The position numbers were made by a program, and so were the translations under genes. The notes under the pieces were generated by a model, which saw only the letters and a list, made by a program, of their open reading frames with translations, searched no databases and was not told the DNA's origin. From a virus (Duplodnaviria; Caudoviricetes), in the IMG/VR virus record IMGVR_UViG_3300031565_000325, positions 1-25,495 of that record: a stretch of 25,495 nucleotides of DNA. One strand, written 5' to 3'. This document shows positions 8,161-17,671 of the stretch, piece after piece (position 1 is the stretch's first letter; every line of letters starts with the position of its first letter).

Positions 8161-8341
8161 CGACACGAATGTCGTTGAATGGATGCGGTTGATGACAACC
8201 AGTCGATTGAATAAGCGTTACAAAATGACACACCTTGCTGAAGACATGAAAGTGAAATACTCGATGTTGTACCGCTTCATGAATGGAAAACCAGTCGGTC
8301 AAGAATTTTTCATCGCTTGGTTCGATTATTTTGTAAATTAG
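8132..8341 (+). CDS. Cro/XRE-like HTH protein (start 8132 or 8141)
   Basis: MTHLAEDMKVKYSMLYRFMNGK fits an HTH. Confidence 0.65.
   Translation: MKTMTIYLSNDTNVVEWMRLMTTSRLNKRYKMTHLAEDMKVKYSMLYRFMNGKPVGQEFFIAWFDYFVN
8334..8341 (+). promoter_or_regulatory. Possible -7 box (TAAATTAG) 4 nt before the ATG of the sigma-like gene
   Basis: One mismatch to TAnnTTTG; same N4-ATG spacing as 3 other sites; no -33 TTG at canonical spacing. Confidence 0.4.
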
Positions 8342-8345
8342 CACA

Positions 8346-8819
8346 ATGGAATTTTGGAAACATGAAGCTTATCAAATTGCTCGGAAAATTACTTCGAACC
8401 ACGAACTTCATGGGGATTTGGTTGGTCATGTTTTTATTCTCATGCACCGCTTTGACTTTCATATTTCCGACATTCCAGCTATATTCGCGCGCTTCGCGTT
8501 CAATCAATGGAACTGGCAACGATCCGAATTCTGGCGAATGTACCGAAGCGACGGCGAAGGAATCAACGACGTAATTGATTCACACGATTCACCTTCAAAC
8601 AACGAATTCAGCGAAGTCCTTGACGCTTATCTTCACTCGAACGACGGTGATCCATTTATCAAGGAAATAACAAAAATGCACCTTTGCGGAATGACATTCA
8701 GGGAAATCAAGGAATTGACCGGAATTTCACTGGACACCATTCACAAAGCAATAAAACAATTCAAAAATGATTTACACGATTACAGCCGTGGCGATTGCAA
8801 GGGCGTTGATGTCCTTTAA
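8346..8819 (+). CDS. Sigma70/ECF-like transcription factor, candidate late regulator
   Basis: Region-2-like HELHGDLVGHVFILM; region-4 HTH GMTFREIKELTGISLDTIHKAIK; sits at the early/late junction. Confidence 0.7.
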   Translation: MEFWKHEAYQIARKITSNHELHGDLVGHVFILMHRFDFHISDIPAIFARFAFNQWNWQRSEFWRMYRSDGEGINDVIDSHDSPSNNEFSEVLDAYLHSNDGDPFIKEITKMHLCGMTFREIKELTGISLDTIHKAIKQFKNDLHDYSRGDCKGVDVL

Positions 8820-8970
8820 TTTGCCAAACACAAAACCATTTAATTGTCAGTCATGCTTGTCATTCTGGACGGCGCTGGCGATTTATCTTATTACTGATTT
8901 GTCAATGATTCCGTTCGCGTTCGTTGCCTATCTTATTTCCGATTTAATTTTGATTTATGAATATAAGTAA
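8767..8970 (+). CDS. Small membrane protein with KPFNCQSCLSFW motif (DUF1360-like)
   Basis: CxxC followed by hydrophobic segments. Confidence 0.7.
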   Translation: MIYTITAVAIARALMSFNLPNTKPFNCQSCLSFWTALAIYLITDLSMIPFAFVAYLISDLILIYEYK

Positions 8971-9340
8971 CGGACTTCGAATCCAGCTTGAAAACTTCGG
9001 GCGTCACCGATACGCGAATCTTGACGACACCTTGAAAGAAGAACTTTCCGTTCATTACAAAGCGCTTGGATTCGGCAAACTGAACAAAGCTTGCGCGACG
9101 TGTGTACGGATTGCAATGGACAAGGTGAACGAAAACAAGGACAAGATTCGTCCAGCGGTACGCGAAGAAAACAACGAACCGCACATGAAGGAACAACCAC
9201 CGAAGCTTCACTTTGTCGGAACGAAACAAAAGACGTTCGGCGAACTTCGACGTGAAGCACTTGAACTTGGATTCAAGGGAACACGAAAGACAACACGAAA
9301 AGACATTGAAGAATGGTTGACATCCACCAAACAGCTGTAA
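8957..9340 (+). CDS. Hypothetical protein with CATC and a C-terminal Rho-N/HeH-like helical motif
   Basis: NKACATCV; KTFGELRREALELGFKGTRKTTRKDI. Confidence 0.65.
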   Translation: MNISNGLRIQLENFGRHRYANLDDTLKEELSVHYKALGFGKLNKACATCVRIAMDKVNENKDKIRPAVREENNEPHMKEQPPKLHFVGTKQKTFGELRREALELGFKGTRKTTRKDIEEWLTSTKQL

Positions 9341-9792
9341 TTTATCCGGGTGTCACGATTGGTCACAACGTCACAATCGGTGCGTTTTGCATAATCGGCG
9401 CACCAGCGGAAACGAAGAAACACGACGGTCACGGCTTCGGTGTGGTCATCGGAAACAACGTCACGATTCACGGTCACGCAACAATCGACGCTGGTAGTGA
9501 ACGACCGACAATCATCGATGACGGCGCTTACATTATGAAGACCGTACACATCGGACACGATTCAATCATTCACAAGAACGTAACGATTTCACCGCACGTT
9601 GTCGTCGGTGGGTTCGTTGAAATCCACGAACAAACGAACATCGGAATGAACGCAACGATTCACCAGCGCGTCACGATACCTTCAAAGTGTATGGTCGGAA
9701 TGTCGGCGGTCATCACAAAGAAAACACCGCTTGAACCGAACGTGGTGCTGGTCGGGAATCCAGCGCGAATAACACGAAACAATAACCGATGA
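9313..9792 (+). CDS. LpxA-like left-handed beta-helix O-acyl/acetyltransferase
   Basis: Hexapeptide repeats; IHQTAVI N-terminus, VHIGHDS, IHQRV, GNPA. Confidence 0.85.
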   Translation: MVDIHQTAVIYPGVTIGHNVTIGAFCIIGAPAETKKHDGHGFGVVIGNNVTIHGHATIDAGSERPTIIDDGAYIMKTVHIGHDSIIHKNVTISPHVVVGGFVEIHEQTNIGMNATIHQRVTIPSKCMVGMSAVITKKTPLEPNVVLVGNPARITRNNNR

Positions 9793-10424
9793 AAATAATA
9801 ACCGTTAGCGCCATGCATGGACGACACGACACGGTCGCCGAATGTATCAACCGAATGCCGTTTATTGACAAGGTCTATATTTACAGCAACCACGAAGACG
9901 GCACGTTTCTTGAAGGTCAAGATATCTTCGCAATGGCGAAATATCAAAACAATCCCCTTTCGTACAAATGGAACATGGCGATTCGAACGCTTGAACAAAT
10001 CGACTTCGACGCGGTTGTCTTATTAGGTTCGGACGATTACATTGACGAAGCGTTCCTGAAGTACGTTGAACGAACGATTCCTGACTTCGACATGATTGGC
10101 TTCAAAGACATTTACTTTCAACACGACGGCGGTCTTTATTATTGGTCGGGGTACACGAACAAACGACGCGGTGAACCGTGTGGCGCTGGCAAAGTTTATT
10201 CACGTCGATTCTTGGAATGTTTGAAATGGAATCTTTGGGACGTCGCAAGGGATAGCGGACTTGACCGAATCGCATGGAAACGGGTTCAACAAGCGAAAGC
10301 AAAAGTTCATGTCACATCGCTGAAGGAAAACGGTCTTTTGTTGGTTGACATCAAAGACGGTGAAGGAATGACATCGTTTAGTAAATTCAAAGGACTGGAA
10401 CGCGTTTCGAACAAGAAAACATAA
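9789..10424 (+). CDS. GT-A fold (GT2-like) glycosyltransferase
   Basis: N-terminal beta strand then HGR; LSYKWN; VLLGSDDYID DxD-like motif. Confidence 0.75.
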   Translation: MKIITVSAMHGRHDTVAECINRMPFIDKVYIYSNHEDGTFLEGQDIFAMAKYQNNPLSYKWNMAIRTLEQIDFDAVVLLGSDDYIDEAFLKYVERTIPDFDMIGFKDIYFQHDGGLYYWSGYTNKRRGEPCGAGKVYSRRFLECLKWNLWDVARDSGLDRIAWKRVQQAKAKVHVTSLKENGLLLVDIKDGEGMTSFSKFKGLERVSNKKT

Positions 10425-10426
10425 TA
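10408..10426 (+). promoter_or_regulatory. Putative late promoter motif, copy 1 (before terS)
   Basis: CGAACA-AGAAA-ACATAATA, 18 nt before ATG 10445. Confidence 0.7.
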
Positions 10427-10444
10427 AAGGGGAACTTATATCTT

Positions 10445-10852
10445 ATGGCAAACAAACACCGCAACATCGATAAAGATGAATTGCTTCAAATGGCTTATAA
10501 TTATTGCGACTATTGTATCGCTTCGACAAAGGAAATCGCGACCAATTCAGGCGTGAAGCAAGTCAAAGAACGACACATTCCGACGGTGTCTTATTTCCTT
10601 CTTCACTACCTTCGACGGGAACACTTTGATTTCTACAAACGGGACAACTGGTATCATGCGATGAAGGACGACAAACATCCATTGTCCGACACTATAAAAA
10701 CAATCGACAACGACTTCAATGCTTTGGCGCGTGACATCGTGGCTAACGAAGGCAAGGGAATCTTCTACGCCAAAAATAAGCTTGGAATGCACGACCGTCA
10801 ACAAGTCGAAACACGCAACGTGGAACGCTTCGATTTCGATGTCAACGATTAA
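10445..10852 (+). CDS. terS: Terminase small subunit (P22 gp3-like)
   Basis: Directly upstream of terL; PTVSYF and GIFYAKNKLGMHDRQQVE patterns. Confidence 0.75.
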   Translation: MANKHRNIDKDELLQMAYNYCDYCIASTKEIATNSGVKQVKERHIPTVSYFLLHYLRREHFDFYKRDNWYHAMKDDKHPLSDTIKTIDNDFNALARDIVANEGKGIFYAKNKLGMHDRQQVETRNVERFDFDVND

Positions 10853-12041
10853 AGGTTACCGACCGCACAAACACCAGCTTGAAATTCATCAAGCAATCAA
10901 CCAAGGGAAAGAAAAGTATTTCGCTTTGAACATTGGTCGCCAGTTCGGTAAAACAATGCTGGGAATCAACCAACTTCTTTGGTGGGCAATCAACGACCGC
11001 GGTTGTACTATTGCATGGGTGACACCAGTGTACAAGCAAGGGAAGAAGGTCTTCGCTGAACTTGAACGCGCCGTGGCGAAGTCGGGGTTATTTGAATTCA
11101 ACAAATCCGATTTGCGAATCACGGGGTTCGGTTCGTCAATCGAATTCTTTTCAGGTGAACGACCAGACAACATTCGTGGAAATACATTCGATTACATGGT
11201 GGTCGATGAATTCGCGTTCACGCGTCCCGAACTATGGGACGAAGTGTTGTCCGCGACGGTGCTTGTCAAGGGAAAGAAGGTTATCTTTATTTCAACGCCA
11301 AAGGGAAAGAACCATTTCCACCGGGTGTGTCTTCAACAAAACTACGATGACCGATACCGATACTTTCATTTCACGTCGTTCGACAATCCGATGATTGATC
11401 CGAAGGAACTTGAAGAACGCCGTCGGTCATTGCCTGACCATGTGTTTCGTCAAGAATACCTTGCGGAATTCCTTGACAACGCTGGTGGCTTGTTCAAGGG
11501 TGTGTCGTCGTGTGTCGGTCAAGGTGAACGCACGTCAAGAATGTACGGTGGTCTTGATATCGGTCGCGCTGACGATTACACGGTGTTGACAATCCTGAAC
11601 GAAAACGGTCACATGGTTCACGTTGAAAGGTGGCGACACGATGACTGGTCGCGAATCATTGACAAGGTCGCTGGATTGATTCGCCAGTTCAACGCAATCA
11701 CTACGGTCGAAGTGAACAACCAAGGCGACGTCTTTTACGAAATGCTTCACAACACATTGCGGAACAAGGTCGTTCCATTCGTGACGACATCGAAGTCAAA
11801 GCCAGTGTTGATTGAAGACCTTGCGTTGTCGTTCGAACAACAAACGATTCGTGTGAACGATGTCAAATGGTTGCTTGACGAACTTGATTCTTTTACTTAT
11901 ATTTACAATCCGAAAACAAGGGGGGTTCAATACAGCGCACCGACTGGACTACACGACGACGGTGTCATGTCATTGGCGCTTGCGTGGAATTCCTTGAAGA
12001 ACAACAAGTCGAAAGGGAAATACAACACTTTGAGAATATGA
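10839..12041 (+). CDS. terL: Terminase large subunit
   Basis: Walker A GRQFGKT, Walker B VVDE, ISTPKG, nuclease GLDIG and HDDGV; start moved to ATG 10839. Confidence 0.95.
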   Translation: MSTIKGYRPHKHQLEIHQAINQGKEKYFALNIGRQFGKTMLGINQLLWWAINDRGCTIAWVTPVYKQGKKVFAELERAVAKSGLFEFNKSDLRITGFGSSIEFFSGERPDNIRGNTFDYMVVDEFAFTRPELWDEVLSATVLVKGKKVIFISTPKGKNHFHRVCLQQNYDDRYRYFHFTSFDNPMIDPKELEERRRSLPDHVFRQEYLAEFLDNAGGLFKGVSSCVGQGERTSRMYGGLDIGRADDYTVLTILNENGHMVHVERWRHDDWSRIIDKVAGLIRQFNAITTVEVNNQGDVFYEMLHNTLRNKVVPFVTTSKSKPVLIEDLALSFEQQTIRVNDVKWLLDELDSFTYIYNPKTRGVQYSAPTGLHDDGVMSLALAWNSLKNNKSKGKYNTLRI

Positions 12042-12742
12042 AAATAAAACTACCAGCGTCGATTCACGAATGCAAACCTGACCAGCTTGTCAAGTGGTTG
12101 ATGTTAGCCGAAGTAATCAAGGAAAAGCAAAACGATGACTTGTTTCAAATGTTGGACTTTCAATGTCAACTTATCGCAATCTTTTCAGGAATGAAAGTGA
12201 ACAAGGTCAAGCAACTGGCGATTGAAGACGTTCAACGTTTATCTGGTCACTTGACGCGAATGATTGCAAGCTACACCTACGCCGAACCGCTTGGTGAAGT
12301 GACGGTGAATGGTCAACGCTACGTCTTTGAAAAAGATTTCCGATTGATAAGCACGGGACAAATCATTGACCTGAAGTTAATCGAAGACCTTGCAAGTGAT
12401 CCCGTTCAGGCGCTTGCGATTTGCTACATTGAAGAAGGGTTCGAATATTGTCAAGAAGACGACCGCGGTCGCGTGTTGAATCCGAACGACAAAAGATATA
12501 AGGCGTTCAAAGAAGAATTTGACGGCGCTGAATTCATGAACTTCTTTGGTTTTTTTTTGCGCGAATCGCAGAAGCGGAGCGACGCTATATTATCAATCCA
12601 GATGATTCGGACGATGATGAATCAAAGGAAAGCAATGGCGACGTTAAAGACAACGAATGGTTCACATGGACAAGAATCCTTCAGCGACTCGGACAAGAAC
12701 TTGGAACGAGTATTGACGCAATCACTAAACAACCTTATGTGA
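12038..12742 (+). CDS. Tail assembly chaperone (G-like, 0 frame)
   Basis: ATGA overlap with terL; slippery GGT TTT TTT TTG at 12548-12559. Confidence 0.65.
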   Translation: MKIKLPASIHECKPDQLVKWLMLAEVIKEKQNDDLFQMLDFQCQLIAIFSGMKVNKVKQLAIEDVQRLSGHLTRMIASYTYAEPLGEVTVNGQRYVFEKDFRLISTGQIIDLKLIEDLASDPVQALAICYIEEGFEYCQEDDRGRVLNPNDKRYKAFKEEFDGAEFMNFFGFFLRESQKRSDAILSIQMIRTMMNQRKAMATLKTTNGSHGQESFSDSDKNLERVLTQSLNNLM

Positions 12743-12819
12743 AGACATTGTTCTGGATGAACTACTTGAAATTGAAAGACGAACAAGATTACATACTAAA
12801 TAAACAACGCAATGGCTAA
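12550..12819 (+). CDS. -1 frameshift extension (GT-like): ARIAEAERRY...WFTWTRILQRLGQELGTSIDAITKQPYVKTLFWMNYLKLKDEQDYILNKQRNG
   Basis: Stop-free frame from the T9 run to TAA 12817-12819; fills the 12743-12811 gap and overlaps the next ATG. Confidence 0.7.
   Translation, partial: FFFARIAEAERRYIINPDDSDDDESKESNGDVKDNEWFTWTRILQRLGQELGTSIDAITKQPYVKTLFWMNYLKLKDEQDYILNKQRNG
12780..12798 (+). promoter_or_regulatory. Putative late promoter motif, copy 2
   Basis: CGAACA-AGATT-ACATACTA, 13 nt before ATG 12812. Confidence 0.6.
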
Positions 12820-13333
12820 CTTTGATTTCCTTGAAGAATTCGGGGTGTCGGTTGCTGAAGCGGAACAACCAGCGAACGTTTACGAAAAGTTCATTCTAAA
12901 CGTCGGGAACAAAGTCACCGCCGACCTTCGCGAGTACATTCAAAAGAACGCAATGAACACGGGCGCACTTGCGCAATCGGTTGTCTACTTTCCGACGGGT
13001 GCGTTGTCCTTTGAAATACAAGCGGACGATTATTATAAATTCGTGGACCAAGGTGTCAACGGAATCGCGGTCAATCATGCAAGCGCTTTTTCCTTTCAAT
13101 ATCCCGGTGTCTCTCACAACATGGCGAAGGCAATTCAGGAATGGAAAGGACTTGAAATGTCGCACGCGTTCGCGATTGCTTCGAACATCAAACAACGTGG
13201 ATTGAAGCCGAAGAACATCACCGAGAATGTCATCAACGACAAGGTGCTTGAAATGATTGCGAAGGACTTGACCGAAGTCACTGGATTGACGTTTGAAATA
13301 AAATTTACCAAGGCAACTGAAACATGGCAATAA
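12812..13333 (+). CDS. Tail completion/neck protein (HK97 gp10-like)
   Basis: NTGALAQSV, YYKFVDQG, IKQRGLKP patterns. Confidence 0.6.
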   Translation: MANFDFLEEFGVSVAEAEQPANVYEKFILNVGNKVTADLREYIQKNAMNTGALAQSVVYFPTGALSFEIQADDYYKFVDQGVNGIAVNHASAFSFQYPGVSHNMAKAIQEWKGLEMSHAFAIASNIKQRGLKPKNITENVINDKVLEMIAKDLTEVTGLTFEIKFTKATETWQ

Positions 13334-14547
13334 GTATAACACAACAACCGCAACTATTTCAACCAGCGTGCAATCCGTATGTGTGGGTATTTGAAAGCGA
13401 CCAAACAACGCAACCGAACTTCAGCTTTATTGTTGAACTTTACGTTGACTTCGTTTTGGTATCGACACATCAAGTGTTCAACGAATCCGGGAACTATGCG
13501 AAGTTCGACGCAAGCGGTGAATTGCGTGCGTTGCTTACAAGTGAAATGGTCACGACGGGCGCGTTGCTTACCTTCTACGATCCAGCGATTTCGTTTGTTA
13601 ATATCAAGATTTACGAAAAGTATGGAACACCGCCAGTTCTTCAACCGGGTAGCATAAACGCGAATGTGAGTCGAGCGTGGAACGCTTCACTTCGACATCC
13701 TGAATTTATATCTTTTGATTACAACGATTACGCGATTTCAAGATTGAATCCGAATTCAGGGAACGTTCTATTCTTGACTGACTTTCCAAGGACACGAAAG
13801 TATTTCGTCGGACTTTACGAAAGCGCGTTCCTTACTTTTTTGAATCGTGGCGGTTCAGCGACAACCGATATTTTTGTGAATCTTTATGACATTACAAATA
13901 CCTTGATTGCGACCGACGTTGTTAACGTCACGTTGGCGCTGAACATTGGCGTGATTGATTGCGCACCGCAAAATCTAATCGCGAACACATCGGTGACTTT
14001 GCTTGATTTCCAGTCATGCGCTTACTTTACCATAACTGCGAAAGCTGGTCCTGAATTTGCTGGAATCTTTTCAGGGTTAAGCGAAACGTTCACGTTCTGG
14101 ATGGACACCGAATGTCATCGATACGACACACACCGACTTCATTGGTTGAATAAGCTGGGCGGTTGGGATTCATTTACCTTCACGCTTGTGTCAACGAATT
14201 CGACCAAGGTCAAGACATCGGACTACCAGCGCGAACGCGGACAATGGGACACGTCTGGAACTGGCTGGGAATATACACGATACCACGGCGAACAAATGGC
14301 GTTCAACAAATACGCAACGGACACGACCGTTTTGAATTCCGACTATATTCACGAAAGCGTTCAACAATGGTTGGTTCGTGAACTTTACGAATCGCCGAAG
14401 GTTTACCTTGAAGTGACACCGGGCGCGTTCGAACCAGTGAAGGTCACGAATGAAGATTTCACCTTGAAGCAACGACGCGTTGACGGATTGATTCGTGAAG
14501 TGGTCAACATGGAAAGAACGTACACCTACAATTCACAACTAACGTAA
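13324..14547 (+). CDS. Tail structural protein (possible distal tail/Dit-like C-terminus)
   Basis: Beta-rich; WLNKLGGWDSFTF and LYESPKVY motifs recalled from Bacteroidota siphovirus tail genes; context. Confidence 0.55.
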   Translation: MAISITQQPQLFQPACNPYVWVFESDQTTQPNFSFIVELYVDFVLVSTHQVFNESGNYAKFDASGELRALLTSEMVTTGALLTFYDPAISFVNIKIYEKYGTPPVLQPGSINANVSRAWNASLRHPEFISFDYNDYAISRLNPNSGNVLFLTDFPRTRKYFVGLYESAFLTFLNRGGSATTDIFVNLYDITNTLIATDVVNVTLALNIGVIDCAPQNLIANTSVTLLDFQSCAYFTITAKAGPEFAGIFSGLSETFTFWMDTECHRYDTHRLHWLNKLGGWDSFTFTLVSTNSTKVKTSDYQRERGQWDTSGTGWEYTRYHGEQMAFNKYATDTTVLNSDYIHESVQQWLVRELYESPKVYLEVTPGAFEPVKVTNEDFTLKQRRVDGLIREVVNMERTYTYNSQLT

Positions 14548-16856
14548 TGGCTGGCGAACTATACATAAACAATCGATTGATTGACATCGACCAAACGTTG
14601 CCATTCCCGTTGACGTTCAACATTGCCGACATTCGCGATGTGTCCGCAAGGAAAGGAAACAAATCGAAGACGATTACAATTCCCGGAACGAACGCGAACA
14701 GCGCAATTTTTCGTTCGATATTTTTATTGACGTACACCGACGACACGACACCAACGAATTCGGCGATTCTTGACTTCGATCCTTCAATCAAAGCGACGGC
14801 GCGATATTACAACAACGGAATTCTTGAATTCAATGGAATCGCACAACTTCAGGAATGTAAACTAATAAACGGAACGTGGTCGTTTGATTTGACGCTTGTG
14901 TCCGATACGATTGACTACATTTCCAGAATGAACAAGGTGAAGATAAACGAACTTGATTTCACGGAATACAATCACGCGTTAACGAAGGCGAATCAATTCG
15001 AAACGTGGTCGGGGTTCAACCAAGTGAACGGGGTGTCGACACCTATTCAAACGGGACTTGACTGGACTGGCGAAGGGTATTATTACGGATTGATTGACTA
15101 CGGCTATCCAAGGATAAGCGCGGACAAGTTCGATTGCGACCAGATACCACCGCAAGTGTTCGTGTACGGAATCCTGAAGAAGCTGTTCGATTACGCTGGA
15201 ATCACTTGGAATTCAACGTTCCTTGAAAGTCAAAGATTCAAGAAGCTTTTAATGGCGTATTATGGCGGTAACTTTCCGACGATTACACCAGCGCAACAAG
15301 CGAACGATTCCGTGCTTGCAAATGAAATAAACAACGCAAGTGGATTCATTGTCAACGGTTCAACGAATCAAGTCGGATTCGGTGGAATGGTGAGCTTTCC
15401 AGTCGTCAACATTTCCGACGTGGTTGATGTTTCGGTGACAAGTGATCCATTGTCGCAAGTCACGTCAAGTTCACCTTTCAACATAACCGCTGGAACGACG
15501 GGAATGTACACGTTCGAATACTTCGGCGACCACCATCTTGAAATCAAGTTCGACCAACCTACGATAAATTATTTTAATGTTCGGTTGAATATATTGGTCA
15601 TCAAGAACGGAACACTAATCGCGACGGATGTCGTGTATCAAGATAGCGTTTCGATATTGTCTGGTGACTACTTTAATACCTTTACATTTAATTATTCGCG
15701 TCAAGTGAATTGCACAATAAATGACCAGATTAAATTCGGTCTCACGTTGGTTGTCGAAGCTGGTCTTTCTATTGGTGTTGACATTTTAACACGAACGATT
15801 GAATTGACTTCGCTTGCTACAAATGTGAACTTCATGAAGACGATTCAAGAACTTGTTCCCGGTGGCACGGTTGCCGTAGGTTCTTTTTTGCCCGACATGA
15901 CTGGCGACGTGTTCCTGAAGGGATTGATTACGATGTTCAACTTAATGGTCAAACCGTCAACACAAGATTCAAGCGTTTTGGAAATCGAACCGCTCTCGGA
16001 ATTTTATAACAGCTCACAAGACGCGCTTGACTGGACACAACTTGTGGACTATTCGAAAGAACTGACCGTTCAACCTACAATCAACTACGCTTCGAAAGAA
16101 TACAACTTCGACTTCAAACAAGACGGTGACTATTGGAACACGCAATATCAAAACGAATACCTTGACAATTACGGTGAATTCCAAATCTTGTCGCAATCAC
16201 AATATGCCACGCAAGTGACGAAAATGGCGTTGCCGTTCAGTCAAAAACCTTTAGTCGAAATTCATCCGTCCTTGATTGTTCCCGCTTCTTATCAGGTCAA
16301 TTTTGATTCGGCTGGTGCTGGTCAAGTCGTTCCGAAGAAAGGTAGCGCGTTCATCGTGTACGTTGGTGCAATGCGAACGGCTGACTGGAAATATCACGAC
16401 GAATTCAACCACCAAAACAACTTGACGGAATATCCTTACGTCGGTCACTTGGATGACATCGACACGCCGACAAGCGACTTGAACTTCGGTGTTCCGCAAT
16501 CGGTCTACTATCCAGCGACGGTGTACACGAACAACAACTTGTTGCAATATCACAACACGTTCATTCAAGAATTGATTTCACGTTACGGAAAATTGTTGAC
16601 TTGCTTCGCAAAGATTGACACGTCAATAATCAACACGCTTGATTTCCGCAACCTAATCAACATCAATGGCGTCGTGTATCGTTTACAAAAGATAAGCGAC
16701 TACGATTCGACGAAAGACCGCACAACGCAAGTCGAATTGTTGCGATTGATCCAAGGTGAAGGGATTGCAAGCGGTGACGAATTCGTCGAAGAAGGTTCAA
16801 CGCCTTCACCGATTAGAACTGAAGTAGAAAATAACACAATAATAAGAGAACAATAA
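14547..16856 (+). CDS. Tail tip/baseplate hub-like protein
   Basis: LTFNIADIRD..SKTITIPGT N-terminus; 769 aa; TAATG coupling; tail context. Confidence 0.6.
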   Translation: MAGELYINNRLIDIDQTLPFPLTFNIADIRDVSARKGNKSKTITIPGTNANSAIFRSIFLLTYTDDTTPTNSAILDFDPSIKATARYYNNGILEFNGIAQLQECKLINGTWSFDLTLVSDTIDYISRMNKVKINELDFTEYNHALTKANQFETWSGFNQVNGVSTPIQTGLDWTGEGYYYGLIDYGYPRISADKFDCDQIPPQVFVYGILKKLFDYAGITWNSTFLESQRFKKLLMAYYGGNFPTITPAQQANDSVLANEINNASGFIVNGSTNQVGFGGMVSFPVVNISDVVDVSVTSDPLSQVTSSSPFNITAGTTGMYTFEYFGDHHLEIKFDQPTINYFNVRLNILVIKNGTLIATDVVYQDSVSILSGDYFNTFTFNYSRQVNCTINDQIKFGLTLVVEAGLSIGVDILTRTIELTSLATNVNFMKTIQELVPGGTVAVGSFLPDMTGDVFLKGLITMFNLMVKPSTQDSSVLEIEPLSEFYNSSQDALDWTQLVDYSKELTVQPTINYASKEYNFDFKQDGDYWNTQYQNEYLDNYGEFQILSQSQYATQVTKMALPFSQKPLVEIHPSLIVPASYQVNFDSAGAGQVVPKKGSAFIVYVGAMRTADWKYHDEFNHQNNLTEYPYVGHLDDIDTPTSDLNFGVPQSVYYPATVYTNNNLLQYHNTFIQELISRYGKLLTCFAKIDTSIINTLDFRNLININGVVYRLQKISDYDSTKDRTTQVELLRLIQGEGIASGDEFVEEGSTPSPIRTEVENNTIIREQ

Positions 16857-16857
16857 A

Positions 16858-17475
16858 ATGGGACAAATTAAAATCAGCGAACTAACACCGAAGGAAGAAC
16901 CGTTGTCAACGACTGACTTGCTTATAATCGCACAAGAAACACCAGACGGATTTGAATCAAGGTCAATCACTGGTCGTGATATTATTGACGCGATTCCAGC
17001 GCCTGAAATGAATCCGACATTGCTTGGTTTTTCGGGAATCACTGGAACACAAACAACTTCGAATGTCATCACGATTTGTCATTCCGTTTTAATTCCAGCG
17101 AACACCTTCACAAACAACAACATTCTTCAGGTGATATTTAGAATGTTCCGTCAATCAGAAAACCTTGGTCAAATGTACGGACGTATTTATTTCAACACCG
17201 AAAACACCTTGACGGGTGCGACGTTGTTCAACACGACCTTCACAATGAATGGCGGTTCAAGTCAATACCTTGGCTACGTTGAACGTCACTTCAGTTACAA
17301 TGGAACTAATTTGACTGGCTATTCAAACAACGCGTTTTCGGAATACACCACGGGCGCGGTTGTAAATGTTCCATTCAATGCGACCGTTGACAATTACGTC
17401 TTATTAACAATGCAATGTCAAAATGTGAACGACATCGCGAACATTAATCTTTTCAAAATTTTAGCTTATGTTTAA
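16858..17475 (+). CDS. Minor tail/receptor-binding-like protein
   Basis: N-terminal KISELT..DLL attachment-type motif followed by a beta-rich domain. Confidence 0.5.
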   Translation: MGQIKISELTPKEEPLSTTDLLIIAQETPDGFESRSITGRDIIDAIPAPEMNPTLLGFSGITGTQTTSNVITICHSVLIPANTFTNNNILQVIFRMFRQSENLGQMYGRIYFNTENTLTGATLFNTTFTMNGGSSQYLGYVERHFSYNGTNLTGYSNNAFSEYTTGAVVNVPFNATVDNYVLLTMQCQNVNDIANINLFKILAYV

Positions 17476-17671
17476 TTTGACCACCATTTCAAACGGGTTC
17501 GTAATGAACGAACTTGAATATCTATTCGACGGCGAAGCGGAAATTCTAAACGAAACACAAGCGCACGTTCCGACGGATCGCGGTGTGATATTAATGGACA
17601 CGACCATGACCATTGACAACGAATCATTCAACAACATCAACGACTTTTTAACAAAGCTTTATGGCAAATAA
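17468..17671 (+). CDS. Small hypothetical protein (possible fibre chaperone)
   Basis: Coupled ORF after the fibre-like gene. Confidence 0.6.
   Translation: MFNLTTISNGFVMNELEYLFDGEAEILNETQAHVPTDRGVILMDTTMTIDNESFNNINDFLTKLYGK

Noticed and set aside
10719-10838. 40-aa N-terminal extension of terL
   Set aside because: Overlaps terS; ATG 10839 gives a normal short overlap
11984-12037. Upstream GTG start for the chaperone
   Set aside because: ATG 12038 forms an ATGA overlap with the terL stop
15561-15740. Slightly AT-rich patch in the tail tip gene as a swapped host-range module
   Set aside because: About 34% GC by hand count, CG still present, no clear boundaries; too weak
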